Source: Amoebidium appalachense
Lineage: Eukaryota > Protista > Ichthyosporea
NCBI GenBank assembly: GCA_963693365.1
Contig: CAVNZM010000002.1
Location: forward strand, 10,596,328-10,660,327
Length of the DNA stretch: 64,000 nt
Direction of reading: 5' to 3'
In this document: positions 37,560 to 49,805 of the stretch, one piece after another
Layout of the letters: each line of letters begins with the position of its first letter
Numbering within the stretch: position 1 is the first letter of the stretch
Translations under genes and position numbers: made by a program
Notes under the pieces: model-generated
Told to the model about the DNA's origin: nothing
Databases searched by the model: none
The model's input: the letters and a program-made list of their open reading frames with translations, nothing else

Positions 37560-38276
37560 TGGTCACAGCTTTCGTTGACAAGAAATATGTTTTGGAGAAG
37601 GAAAAGACTGAGGACGCCAGGCCCCGGAAGCCCCATTCAAAGTTTCCATCGTGATGTTTATTGATCTGGGGGGCTTCCGTGTCTGGGGTGACTCGATGTA
37701 TATCTAAGTCACAGTGCCCTCAAAGATCATCATCACCAAGCCCCCCCACGATGCCACATTCCATACATTCCGATCTAATGAACTCTATCGTGCGCCTGCA
37801 CGAGCTAAGTCTATCGGCTCACTCTAATATAAATATCTTTGTCTCTCCCCTCTCCCTGAAGTTCCCCTAGTGGCACCGCAGAGATTAAGTCTACATTTCA
37901 TACTATCTCCCCCCCTCCCCCCCCTCTACTCTTTCCTGTACTACAATATATACATACATTTGGCAGACAGCACTATCTGAACTTGCCAATATTTACAAGG
38001 GCTTCTGCCCGAACTTATTACATTCCAAAGTCCTTCTAAGATCTATCCTATACACTATTTCTAATCCTATTGGTCGGCTGCTCCAGCTGACTGGTCCTGC
38101 CCTGCGCCGGCAGAGACAAGATGCCCGCAGCTGTACAGCTGATCTTGAGGCCCCGGACTTGATCTTGATGATCTGTGGACCCGGGCCCCCCCCCCCCCCC
38201 CCGATCTTGATCGTTGACTTAGGATGATCTGCTGAGATGGCCCTTAGTATATGTCAACTCCCCCCCCCCCCCCCCC

Positions 38277-38328
<52 letters not shown>

Positions 38329-41300
38329 CCCCCGGAAAAGCTGAGTCCCACCTCAGTCACATTACACCTAACACCCCCTAAAAAGACAGACTAATCTGTC
38401 TCCAAAAAAAAATTAAATAAATTACGAAGAAAATAATAAATTAATCTACACCATAAGCTTGATACCTGCAGAGACACCTATGATAATAAATTAAAGTCCT
38501 ACGACTACGTTCACACTCCTCCTCGGTCTTCTCCCCCCCTCACCCTCCCCCCGTGTGTCTACGTGTATTTTCATCACTCCCCCCCCCCCCCCCCCCCCGG
38601 CCCCCTCCCTCACAGACTTTTTCACACCACGATTAAACTGAGGAATAACTCTCTTCGGCCTAGAGGGAGCACTAGGCAACTCCCTCTGCACTACTAGTAA
38701 CCTAGCCTCATAAGCACGAACAGAAAACGGGCAATCCAAATGAAACTCAGGCAACCACTGATCCTTCTGATAACCTCCCTCAAAACGAATTAAATAATAA
38801 TTTACCTTACCTTCCTTACCTTCGATAACCTTTTTATCGATAATTTTATCTACTGCAGCCTCCGATACATCCACCGACCCGTCGTAGTATGGGGTGAATG
38901 CATCTAACACTCGACGGCCCTCCGGCCGTTTTACCCTAAGGGCCCTATCATAATATTCCTTTGTATCGTCTACATTATAATATCTAACATCACTCTCATT
39001 ATCGAACCTCTGCACCTTATATTCCGTCGGACCTAACCTAGCGACTACTTTATACGGACCAATGAAAAGAGGCAACCACTTCTTACCATACTTACGAAGA
39101 CCTTCACCTTCACCCTTACTGTCGTATCCTAACGTGTATGTATTAGAGACGCGGCACTCTTCTAAGTGTACACACACGGAAAGGAACAAACGAGTACTGA
39201 AAAACGGTAAAGTTTATTAAGACCAGGCTCCGACGGGCAGACTTAGGTCCGAACGGAATGAGGCTAAGTCACAACTGAGGCCATCAAGGCCGTGCCCTAC
39301 AAGATCATCATCACCTGGCCCCCTACGATGCCACATTCCATACATTCCGATCTACTTTATCGTGCGCCTGCACGAGCTAAGTCGATCGGCTCACACTAAT
39401 ATATTTATCCATGTCTCACCCCTCTCCCTTCCCCTAGTGGCACCGCAGAGTCTAATTCTACATTTCATACTATCCCCTCCCCCCCCTCCCTCCCCCCCTT
39501 TCTTCTACATCGAAATATATAAATACGTTTGGCAGCATACACTATCAAAACTTGCCAATATTTACAAAGGGCTTCTGCCCGAACTTATCACATTCCAAAG
39601 TCCTCCTATGATCTATCCTACACACTAATTAGAATTCTATTGGTCGGCTGCTCCAGCTGACGTGGTCCTGCCCTGCGCCGGCAGAGGCAAGATGCACGCA
39701 GCTGTACAGCTATCTTGAGGCCCCGGACGTGATCTTGATGATCTGTGGACCCCCCCCCCCCCCCCCCCCCCCGATCTCGATCTCGATCGTAGCTTAGGCT
39801 GATCTGCTGAGACGGATTAGTATATGTCAACTCCCCCCCCCCCCCCCCCCCCCGGCCCCCGGAAATGTCAACTCCCCCCCCCCCCCCCCCCCCCCCCGGC
39901 CCCCGGAAAAGCTGAGTCCCACCTCAGTCACATTACATCTAACACCCCCTAAAAAGACATAGACTAATCAGTCTCCCAAAAAAAAATTAAATTAAATAAA
40001 TTACGAAGAAAAATAATAAATTAATCTACACCATAAGCTTGATACCTACGGAGACACCTATGATAATAAATTAAATTCCTACGACTACGTTCACACTCCT
40101 CCTCGGTTTCCCCCCCCCCCTCCCCCTCCGCCCGTGTGTCTACGTGTATCTGCATAACTCCCCCCCCCGGCCCCCTCCCTCACCGACTTTTTCACACCAC
40201 GATTAAACTGAGGAATAACTCTCTTCGGCCTAGAGGGAGCACTAGGCAACTCCCTCTGCACTAATCTAGCCTGATAAGCACGAATAGAAAACGGGCAATC
40301 CAAATGAAACTCAGGCAACCACTGATCTTCCTGATAACCTCCCTCAAAACGAATTAAATAATAATTTACCTTACCTTCCTTACCTTCGATAACCTTTTTA
40401 TCCATAATTTTATCTACTGCAGCCTCCGATACATCCACCGACCCGTCATAGTCGGGGGTGAATGCATCTAACACTCGACGGCCCTCCGGCTGTTTAACCC
40501 TAAGGGCCCTATCATAATATTCCTATGATATCATCTACATTATAATATCTAACATCACTCTCATTATCTAACCTCTGCATCTTATATTCCGTCGGACCTA
40601 ACCTAGCCACTATTTTATACGGGCCAATGAAAGGAGGCAACCATTTCTTACAATACATACGAAGACCTTCACCTTCACCCTTACCTTCCTGCTCCTGCTA
40701 TAGTATATCTCTTTTTCCTAGTATGATCCCTAATTAAAATTAAAGTACCCTCGGCGAATTCACGTAACGGACGTGTGCCACGACACGTCTGCACGTGCCT
40801 GTGCCTGCTGTGTACGGGCCAGAGCTGCATCACGTGCAGCCCGGGCCTGGGTTAGTAGCTGCTCCCGGAACTCAGTCCAGTGGGGATAAGTTAGTCTGTC
40901 AGTCCCCCCCATCGGCAAAAGTGCCGTATCTAACAAACTAATAGCCTCCTGCCCAGAGACCAAATAAAACGGAGAAAACCCAGTCACAGCATGAGGGGTA
41001 GAATTATATGAATGAGCAATAAACCTAGACATATGATCCCAATCATTAGCCTCCACATCCACCATTTTGCCAAAGGACTTCTGAAACACTGCATGCACAC
41101 GTTCAGAGATGGCATTTGCTTGAGGGTGATATGCAGACGTAGTGATATGAGCTACCCTTAAAATTTTACACACCTCCGACACCAACTGATTAAAAAACAC
41201 ACGACTCCTATCCGTTAACAAAACACGAGGACAACCAAACCTAAGACAAATTTCATCCACAAAAATACGAGCAAACAAAACGGCATTAGCAGTGGGGAGA

Positions 41301-41564
41301 GGAAAAACTTCAACCCAACGAGTGGCCACATCGGTGACGGTAACAAGAACAGTGTTACCCTCAACCGTAGAATTAAAAGGACCAACCACATCCACTGCTA
41401 CCCGTTCAAACATACGAACATTAAAATCCCTAATAAACGCGGGCGGGAACGAGAGTGGGGACTCTCATTCCTTTCCTGACAATGCATGCATGACAACACA
41501 TAATCACTCACCTCCCTACTCATACCCAAAATCCCTAATAAACAACGGGCGGGGACGAGAGTGG

Positions 41565-44500
41565 TGTCGTGTTACGCCCTAGCGTGTATACGAACTACTT
41601 TAACTAACTGCACGCTTAAAGGGACTTGAAACTGTGTATACGTATAAACGTTTCTTTGAGTTGGGTGGGAAGCGAACAAAACGTGTTCTCAGAAGAACTT
41701 TGAAAAGCCCGCGACCCCGCGAGACACTTCACAGACACGCGTCCCACTGGCCAGGCAAATACCACAGTGACATTCAGCCAATCACAACACTCCCTCCCCC
41801 ACAGGCTAAACGCACTCCACACCATTGGCTACCGCCGCCTCAGACACCCCTACAGCACTACAACACGTACACACCTTTACTCACAATACATATAAGCATA
41901 CACACACACGAGCAGGCAACATGGGTCTCGCCAAGCACACAGCAAGAAGCAATACAACATATAACATGAAGAGTACGCAGAGGCATGGAGAATGCACGCG
42001 CGCACCAAACAATCAGCCGCCGCTGCATCAGATTCTCCCCACACCACTGAATGATCTCCCCATACTCCACTTAGACCCCGGAATCACTATGCAAGAAAAC
42101 CCCCGAAATTCACTCACCAAAACACAAATTATAGAAGCAAACTAATACGAATCAGCTCAGCACATGACAACTCCTCCCTCGCACAGAAAATAACTGAGTT
42201 CCACCTCAGTAAAAAACTACCTAAAAACAAAATAAAGTTATGTGCTGAGCGGCTACAACTACCGCTACCCATGCAGGAAGCAACATTTAACATATAACAT
42301 GGCATAAAACATATACATGCATCCACGCACCACCCCAGCATGGTTAGTACCCAACCCAACCCCAAAACAAGGATATGAACCGCCACTGACGTTGCCCTGT
42401 AGATGCACCTCTGCCCCCGTCCACAACCTGCACCCAAAACCCCATGCCCCTGGCACAATGTTATATCAAGTGGAACATAGCAACAGACATGATAACAGAC
42501 ACCATCCATACAACCACACTCAGCATGCCCCATCCACAAAGAATTCCTAACAAAACCAAACATGCCGTGACGAACACATCCAGACTCATGTGACGTACAC
42601 CTCCAGACTCTCTTGCTGGCCATTCCTCTACCCGACAAAGACTCCTACTACGTAGGTCATGGTGGTTTGGGAATGCCTCCGCCCCAACCGTGCCCTACCC
42701 AGCGGTGTGTCTAAGGCCTACTGCTGCACTGGGCACTACAACACTACTCAACAACACTACGGGCAGCCACTCCAAAGGGCCTCAACACCAGGCCCAGGGC
42801 AGCCACTCCAAGGGGCCTCAGCACCAGGCCCTTTGACGACGGGGGTTCACAACAGTGGGGGCCTGCCACTGCCATGACTACACCTCGACCCCCCCAGCCC
42901 CCTCGTCAGAGGGCCGAGCTCCCAGACAGCAGCAGGACTTTCTATTCCACTGACCCTAACCACACACGTCGCCAACACAGGACTCATACACACGTCGAAA
43001 ACGCCAGGCACCAGTAGGAAACTCGTCGAAAAATAACACCACACAACAGTTACTCCCATACAACAACAACAACCAAGAGACGGCCTACCCCCTAATAAAA
43101 CCTTCATACCTGCAACACGGTCACCGACGTCCCCCACGACGGGGCTGTTTACACCACGCGTATGTGTGCCCCCGCTCCTTGCAGTTGTCGCAGGTGCCTG
43201 GGAAAGAGTCTGGCGCCGGCTCTTGCTGTCCCGCCCCGCCCGACGACGTCAGCCTGGCCCATCATCCCGTTGTGGCCGTGGCTGGTAGCGCTGGTAGCGC
43301 CGTGGGGAGGGTGACCCCCGCCGGTCCCCTCTGAGGCCTCTGCCCTCCTCCCTCTCACGGTCCCGGTACCTGTCTCCTCTATACCGGTCCCCCTCCTGGT
43401 CCTTCTCCTCCAGACGCTTGGTGCGCACAGCCACCTGCTTCAACTTGAAGAGAGCAGTGAGTGTAGGCGTGTCCTGCCTAGTAGCCCCATGCTTATCTAC
43501 CTCCATGACCTCAGCAGCATGCTTATCCAATATAGCCAGCTTACTCTCAAACTGCGCTAAAAACCGCCTCTTCACCGCCCTCCACGCCAAGTCTACCTCA
43601 TGCTGCTCTTCATGCTGAGCAAACAGCTCACCAAACTGACTGCTATCTACAAACTGAACAGAGAGCGAGCAGCATGAAACTTTCCGCGAGCATCATTCTC
43701 CAACCCAGCAAGAAACACAAGAGCACGAAAATTTTCTTCGAACAGCTCAAAATGGGTTCTAGCTTCGGTCACAGATGTCACGGTGAGGGTGGGGTAAGTA
43801 AACTTAGCTTGTCTGAGATCAGCGTCAAACTCCCGTCGTCGTCCGTCGTCCAGGTACTTGGCCACCGCCCTGTTGAGCCACTCAAGCTCATTCTCGGGGC
43901 GCAAAACCTCAACCACGTCCCCGGAGCCGTCCGTAACAATAGGCACCTGTGCGTTGGCCGCTTCGTAGCGGGCGGCCAGCTGGAGTGCGGCCGGGTTGCG
44001 GGCTCCACCCGCCACTGTGCGGGCGTACGCAACCGTGCGCACAGACGGCTCGTCGGTAGGCAGTCGTGTGCTTTTAAGCACTTTTCTGGAACTCCAGCAT
44101 TGAGGAGCCCACCGTGTTCATAATGAGTGTGGCCATCCTTCGAGGGGTTTGGACGTCCTTCCCCTCAGTGGCCTCTGCTGGGCAAACGGCCCTGAGCTTG
44201 CTAAGCCACCTAGGGAGGTCACGGTCCTTAGTGAGGACTAAGTCCCCTGTGATACTAGTCCTACTGCTCATGTTGCCTATGCCAACTGTTGCTAGCTGTA
44301 GCTCTGTGTGTGCGTATGTTTCTTCTACCATCAACCGTCGAAAAAGTCTTAAGTCAAAACCACTCATAACCGCTAGTCGTGAAAAAAAAACTAGGGGTGA
44401 AAGCAACAGCCCAGAAGGACTAACAGTGCGTGTGCCCCCTCCCTGCAAAAAACTGCAGAGAAAGGGGGTGTAGCTTGTCGTACCACGTCCTAGCGTGTAT

Positions 44501-45079
44501 ACGAACTACTTTAACTAACTGCACGCTTAAAGGGGCTTGAAACTGTGTATACGTATAAACTTTTCTTTGAGTTGGGTGGGAAGCGAGCAAAACGTGTTCT
44601 CAGAAGAACTTTGAAAAGCCCGCGACCCCGCGAGACACTTCACAGACACGCGGCCCACTGGCCATACAAATACCACAGTGACATTCAGCCAATCATAACA
44701 CTCCCTCCCCCACAGGCTACACGCACTCCACACCATTGGCTACCGCCACCTCAGACACCCCTACAGCACTACAACACGTACACACCTTTACTCACAATAC
44801 ATATAAGCATACACACACGCGAGCAGGCAACATGGGTCTCGCCAAGCACACAGCAAGAAGCAATACAACATATAACATGAAGAGTACGCAGAGGCATGGA
44901 GCATGCACGCGCGCACCAAACAATCATCTGCCGCTGCATCAGATTCTCCCCACACCACTGAATGATCTCCCCATACTCCACTTAGACCCCGGAATCCCTA
45001 TGCAAGAAAACCCCCGAAATTCACTCACCAAACACAAATTATAGAAGCAAACTAATAAGAATCAGCTCAGCACATGACA
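41565..45079 (-). mobile_element. Gag-only LTR element, family F2 copy 1
   Basis: ~605-bp LTRs at 41565-42169 and 44476-45079. Perfect TSD AGTGG. PPT at 42170-42180. No RT or IN motifs. Confidence 0.93.
43121..44367 (-). pseudogene. gag: F2 Gag, homologous to F1 Gag, frameshifted
   Basis: Shares LPRWL, RPENELE, KFTYPTL and EVMEVDK with F1 Gag. Knuckle CDNCKERGHTYAWC. Confidence 0.85.
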
Positions 45080-46665
45080 AGTGGGGACTCTCATTCCTTT
45101 CCTGACAATGCATGCATGACAACACATAATCCCTCACCTCCTTACTCATACCCGGCCAAAAATACGAACGATTAACACGAAGCAAAGTCCTATTTACACC
45201 TAAATAACCAGCCATGGGATGCTCATGCACCATATGCAAAACCTCGGGCACAAGTGCCGTCGGGACCCAAACTCGGTGTCCGTCTGGCCCAGAACAATGA
45301 TAAACTAAATCCTGCTCTACCTGACACATTTTTGCAAACTTAGCTACCTTAATGATCTGCCTTTTATTTTTAAATTTAATCAAATCAACCGGCCCCTTTA
45401 AATAATTCTTAACCAGACCAATCAACACATCTTCTTCCTGAGCTAAGATCAAGGCCGTAGGTGCTCAGGCAGGGGCCAAGCCATGAGACTCGGTCCCGAC
45501 CTCAGACACCGACCAAATTCCTCCCCCCCGCTGCTCGACACTTATAAGCAAGCAATCCCGGAGCCCAGGAAGACAGATCAACATACACAGCATGATCTAT
45601 TCCTTTCTGCTCACTCTCCCCCCCCCCTTCCCCCCTCCCCCCCCCCGTCTCTCTAGCCCCCCCCTCCCCCTCCTCTCTTCTTCAAACAAAATATAAGCAG
45701 CCCGAGAGAGAGCATCACAGTCAACCATTGTTTCACCCTTGGCATAAAACAATTTATAGGAGAACTCACCGAGAGCCGCGGCCCACTTCTGCATCCTCTC
45801 CATCAGCAATCTTCCCGGGCCATCCCAAAACCATCTAAAAGGTATCGCAGATATGTTGGACACCGTAGATCATCCCAAACCCACTCTAGATCCATATACA
45901 TACTATAATATCGTAGCTCAGATATCCAAAGTATGATACGCACAGTATAACCTGAAATAGGTGATAATGTAGAGGTCATTCATTGGATATGCATATACAT
46001 ACTCCCGCGGACATCCATTGGACTATCTCCAGTTATGATATATTAGATATCCCAACATCATTCAAGGATGTAACATGTATCCTCTAAATCCCATTCCGAT
46101 ATACTTCCTAATATATCTATTAAAGCATATATTCCTCACAACGTGGATATCTTACGAACCATCAAAGGAGGCTGTAGGTAGCATACACAACATATTATCT
46201 GGATGGAAGATATATGCTAATGGTATCATTTGCTTATTACTCAGTGCATATCCAAAGGATATATGCAGCCTAATCCAGGAAGTATACCAAACACATAATT
46301 TGGATATCATGAAATAATATACAAATCGACATTCAAACGTACAATGGATATGTAAATGCTATCGGGATTATAATTGGATCGTAAAGGGATAATATATTGA
46401 ATCTGAAATACTAACGGTATGAACCTTGGATTATGTCGATATATAAGACAGATGGTATCTTCATTATATCTACTATGCCACAAGAATACAAGATATATAT
46501 ATGATATATACATTATATGTCGATTGCTATTATAATGCTACGTAGATAATATAAGGATGACATCCCTTGTCCCCCCCCCCCCCCCCCCCCCGCTCTTCCC
46601 CGTCCCTCCCTTCCTTCCTTAGTCATTCTTGTTCGACATACAGAAGACGACAGTATTTTTACCAC

Positions 46666-46813
46666 AAGTATCGCTCCACAGGAGCAGAGACTTCCGAAGT
46701 CCATTATCCTATAAGTCTCGCTCCACAGGAGCAGAGACAGAGTTAACTTCTAAGTCTGGCTCCGCAGGCAAGACACACCAATTCACTAAGTCTCCCTCCA
46801 CATGAGAAGAGAC
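46666..46813. repeat. Four degenerate ~27-bp palindromic repeats with unique spacers
   Basis: Consensus TAAGTCTCGCTCCACAGGAGCAGAGAC at 46666, 46712, 46751 and 46787. Confidence 0.75.
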
Positions 46814-48725
46814 TGCACTACTCTAACAAGCATTTAAACACTATAAAAAGAAACTAAAAGGTGAAAAATAGCACAACTTAAAAACTTATTGAGACCAAAA
46901 AAAAAAAAAAAAAAAAAGGGGGGAGGGGGGGGGAGGGGGGGGGGGAAGCAAAGGGGGTGAGGGTGGTGGTGGCGGTGACGGTGGGGGTGGGGGGGTGAGT
47001 GTGTGTGGGTGGGTGGGTGGGAGGGGGGGGGGGGGGGCTGTGTGGAGTTGGTAGACCGTGGTGGTGGTGGGGCACTAGTGGGGCAGTGGGGGGGCTATCA
47101 CTTTTTCTTCTTGTGAGACTTCTTCCCCTTCTTCTCCTTCCCCTCCTCTTCCTCCTCCCCCTCCTCCTCCCCCTCCTCCTCCTCCTCCTCGTCCTCCTTC
47201 CCATCACTTCTCACACGCTTCTTACTCTCCTCCTCCTCCTCCCTCTCCTCCCCCTCCTCCTCCCTCTCCTCCCCCTCCTTCACATCTTCCCCCTTCGCCT
47301 CTTCCTCTTTAGCCACACCCTCCTGACCACCCACCTTACCATTGCTGCCTGCCTCAGCGGGGGCAGGGTGTTCATCCATCTTGCCCTTCTTCTGCACGGG
47401 GGGCACCGCGTCCTTGCCGTCGCCATCGGACCTGGCACGCTTCCTGTTCTTGTCTTCGTCACTCGCCTCTGCCTTGGCCAGCTCCAGCTCCTTACGCGTG
47501 GTGCAGATCTTCTCCCAGTTCTTGATGTACTGGAATGTACAGTGTGTTGTGTGTGTGTGAGTGTGAATGTGTGTGTGTGTGTGTGTGTGTGTGTTTGTTG
47601 GGGGGGGGGGGGGGGGGGAGGGGGGAGGGGGGGAAAACAGTGTGCTAGTATGTTAGCCAACTCCACCTCTATACTGTATGTTTCGGTGTGTGTACCCCAA
47701 AATGCATTTAATCGGTGTGTGTGTGTGTGTGTGTATTTTTACGTTTGTGTGTGTGTGTGCAAGTGGAAATGAGTGTTGGTGTAACCAGAATAATATCGAC
47801 ATAAAAAGTGACATTCGTTAGCAGTTACATATCATACCAAAACCATCTCGATATTATAAACGATATGACAGGTGATACAGTTTATATCCTGGTATCATGG
47901 CAAAATCCTCTCAATTATCGTGGGACCAGACGGGGAGCCTGCAATCATGTAATACTACACTGGAACAAAATACATGTCTTTCTACACTCGAACAAAACAC
48001 ATGTTCAAACTTCGTAACCATACGTACCCTCTTAAGTGTAGACGGCTTGGCAGCGCCGTCATAGAGGGGGTCTCTAGTATTGTATGTGGATGGAGTAAAG
48101 CAAATTTTTGTGGTCGACTGGTGGACAGCAGGGTCTCTCAGGGCCAACTCAACACAAAACAGCATGAAGCTGACCAGGTCGGGCAGAGCCTTCCACATAT
48201 CCTGTTTATGTATGGGTGTGTGTGTGTTGTGTGTGTGTGTTTGAATTGATTTCAAATGCTTTGGGGGGGGGGAAGGGGGGGGGGGGGGGAGGGGGGGGGG
48301 AGGGGCACCAGGAGCATGGCTTAGAGTAGAGTGATGGTGTTATACACAAGGCAGTGGGGAAGAGAAAGGCTAATGAAAAACTCCATCATATTGATCATAG
48401 AAAGACAGAACTAGTCTAAAATCATATCCGATATATTTTATATGATATATACATTACATGTCGATTGCTATTAAAATGCTACGTAGATAATATACGGATG
48501 ACATCCTTGTCGCCCCCCCCTCGAACACACAAAACTTGGAGTGTGGCAAGATCAAACCACCAGCAACCATGAAATGCATGACATAGCTAAAATTTTAAGG
48601 TTTTGATGATTTTCTTAACTATATCCTCCTCCTAACATCCAAAAATCACCCTCTTAACATACTACCGTCAAGTAAGAGTAGAGAAGAGAGAAGAAAAATG
48701 TGTACATGGGCATTAGGGAAAATAC

Positions 48726-49233
48726 ACTTCTTATGCCAACGTCGTCTTTACCAGCCCCAGCAAGGGGATACATGAGCCGGTGCCTGTGGATCAATCTCAC
48801 AAGCAGGCACAGGTGTGCTCCACAAGAGCAATGAAAAGAATGACAAATGTCATACAGAAACATGCTCAAAAAACGTAGCCTAGTGTCTAAATAGGCAAAG
48901 GGTGTGGTGGGTGGGCAGAGACCTAAACGCGCTCAGTAGCGCCGCAACTGACCTCCCTGGGGCCGCGCAAGCTCATTATATAGCGCGGCCCACATTTTTG
49001 CCAATGGAAATATGAAGAAATGACTTAGAACCTATCAAATCCATGAAATCTACCAAAATGGAATTTTTGCTGCACATCAACCAATGAAAACTTTTCACAA
49101 GTGGCTAAAACCCCTAGATCACAAAGACCAAATCAATTGCCGCCCATTTCGGACTAGATATAACTCAAACTCATCAATATATCCATATGGCATATCCCAC
49201 AGAACATAAAAACAGCTACAGCTCCCTAAATAA
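48726..49233 (-). mobile_element. Solo A-B terminal repeat of the YR retrotransposon, inside an intron
   Basis: Near-identical to 58938-59475 apart from a ~28-bp deletion at the A/B junction. Confidence 0.8.
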
Positions 49234-49701
49234 AAATGCTAGCAGCCTGAAACTTTGCACACACACCAAACACACCAAGGCCTACACCATGCTACTACTA
49301 CGAATTTTACAGCACACTCGCAACACACAATATAACTCCAACGGGGCTATCTAATTCTCCTGCAAAGAAAACACGTTTACAAACTAAATATTATCTAGCA
49401 GTACAAAGTAAATTTCAAAAAGGTCAAAGGGTAGTGGGGGGATCTTACAATGATATTCTCGTACTTGGCCAACTTGGCCTCCACCAAGCTGCCGTTGATG
49501 GGTGCTGCCATCAACACGCGCTCGAGGAAAGCGTACCCAAACGGCTGGCCGGTCTGGGGGTCAGCGCTGTACTTGTGCCCGCACGGAAGGCCATTCACCC
49601 CGACCTCCTCCAGAAGGCCCTCCCACAGGTCCCTGCGGGTCCTGATCTGCTTCGCCAGCTCCTCCGGGTCCGCTGCGTTGACAGGGGAGATCTGGAACAA
49701 C

Positions 49702-49734
<33 letters not shown>

Positions 49735-49760
49735 CTGTGTGTGTGTGTGTGTGTGTGTGC

Positions 49761-49805
<45 letters not shown>

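Larger units (their letters stand above)
24415..37713 (-). mobile_element. TRIM-like non-coding LTR element (~210-bp LTRs), host to two younger insertions
   Basis: LTRs at 24415-24625 and 33870-33967 + 37565-37713 (TGCGAC..GTCACA). 4-bp TSD GTGC. PBS TGGTAGCAGA (33860-33869) is tRNA-iMet type. About 0.9 kb of ORF-less interior. Confidence 0.85.
24230..39119 (-). mobile_element. Older F1 3' end: split LTR (24230-24414 + 37714-38256), expanded poly-C PPT, integrase C-terminus to 39119
   Basis: The LTR breaks at ggccGTGC and resumes at GTGCcctcaaag 13.3 kb later. Confidence 0.85.
39120..45801 (-). mobile_element. Truncated F1 copy (3' LTR 39120-39829, integrase, RNase H end), interrupted by an F2 element
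   Basis: The LTR sits inside the integrase of the older copy. PPT is duplicated at 39830-39908. Integrase resumes at 45080. Confidence 0.9.

Noticed and set aside
46666-46813. CRISPR array
   Set aside because: Only four degenerate units, short uneven spacers, no cas genes and a eukaryotic context. Kept only as a repeat finding.
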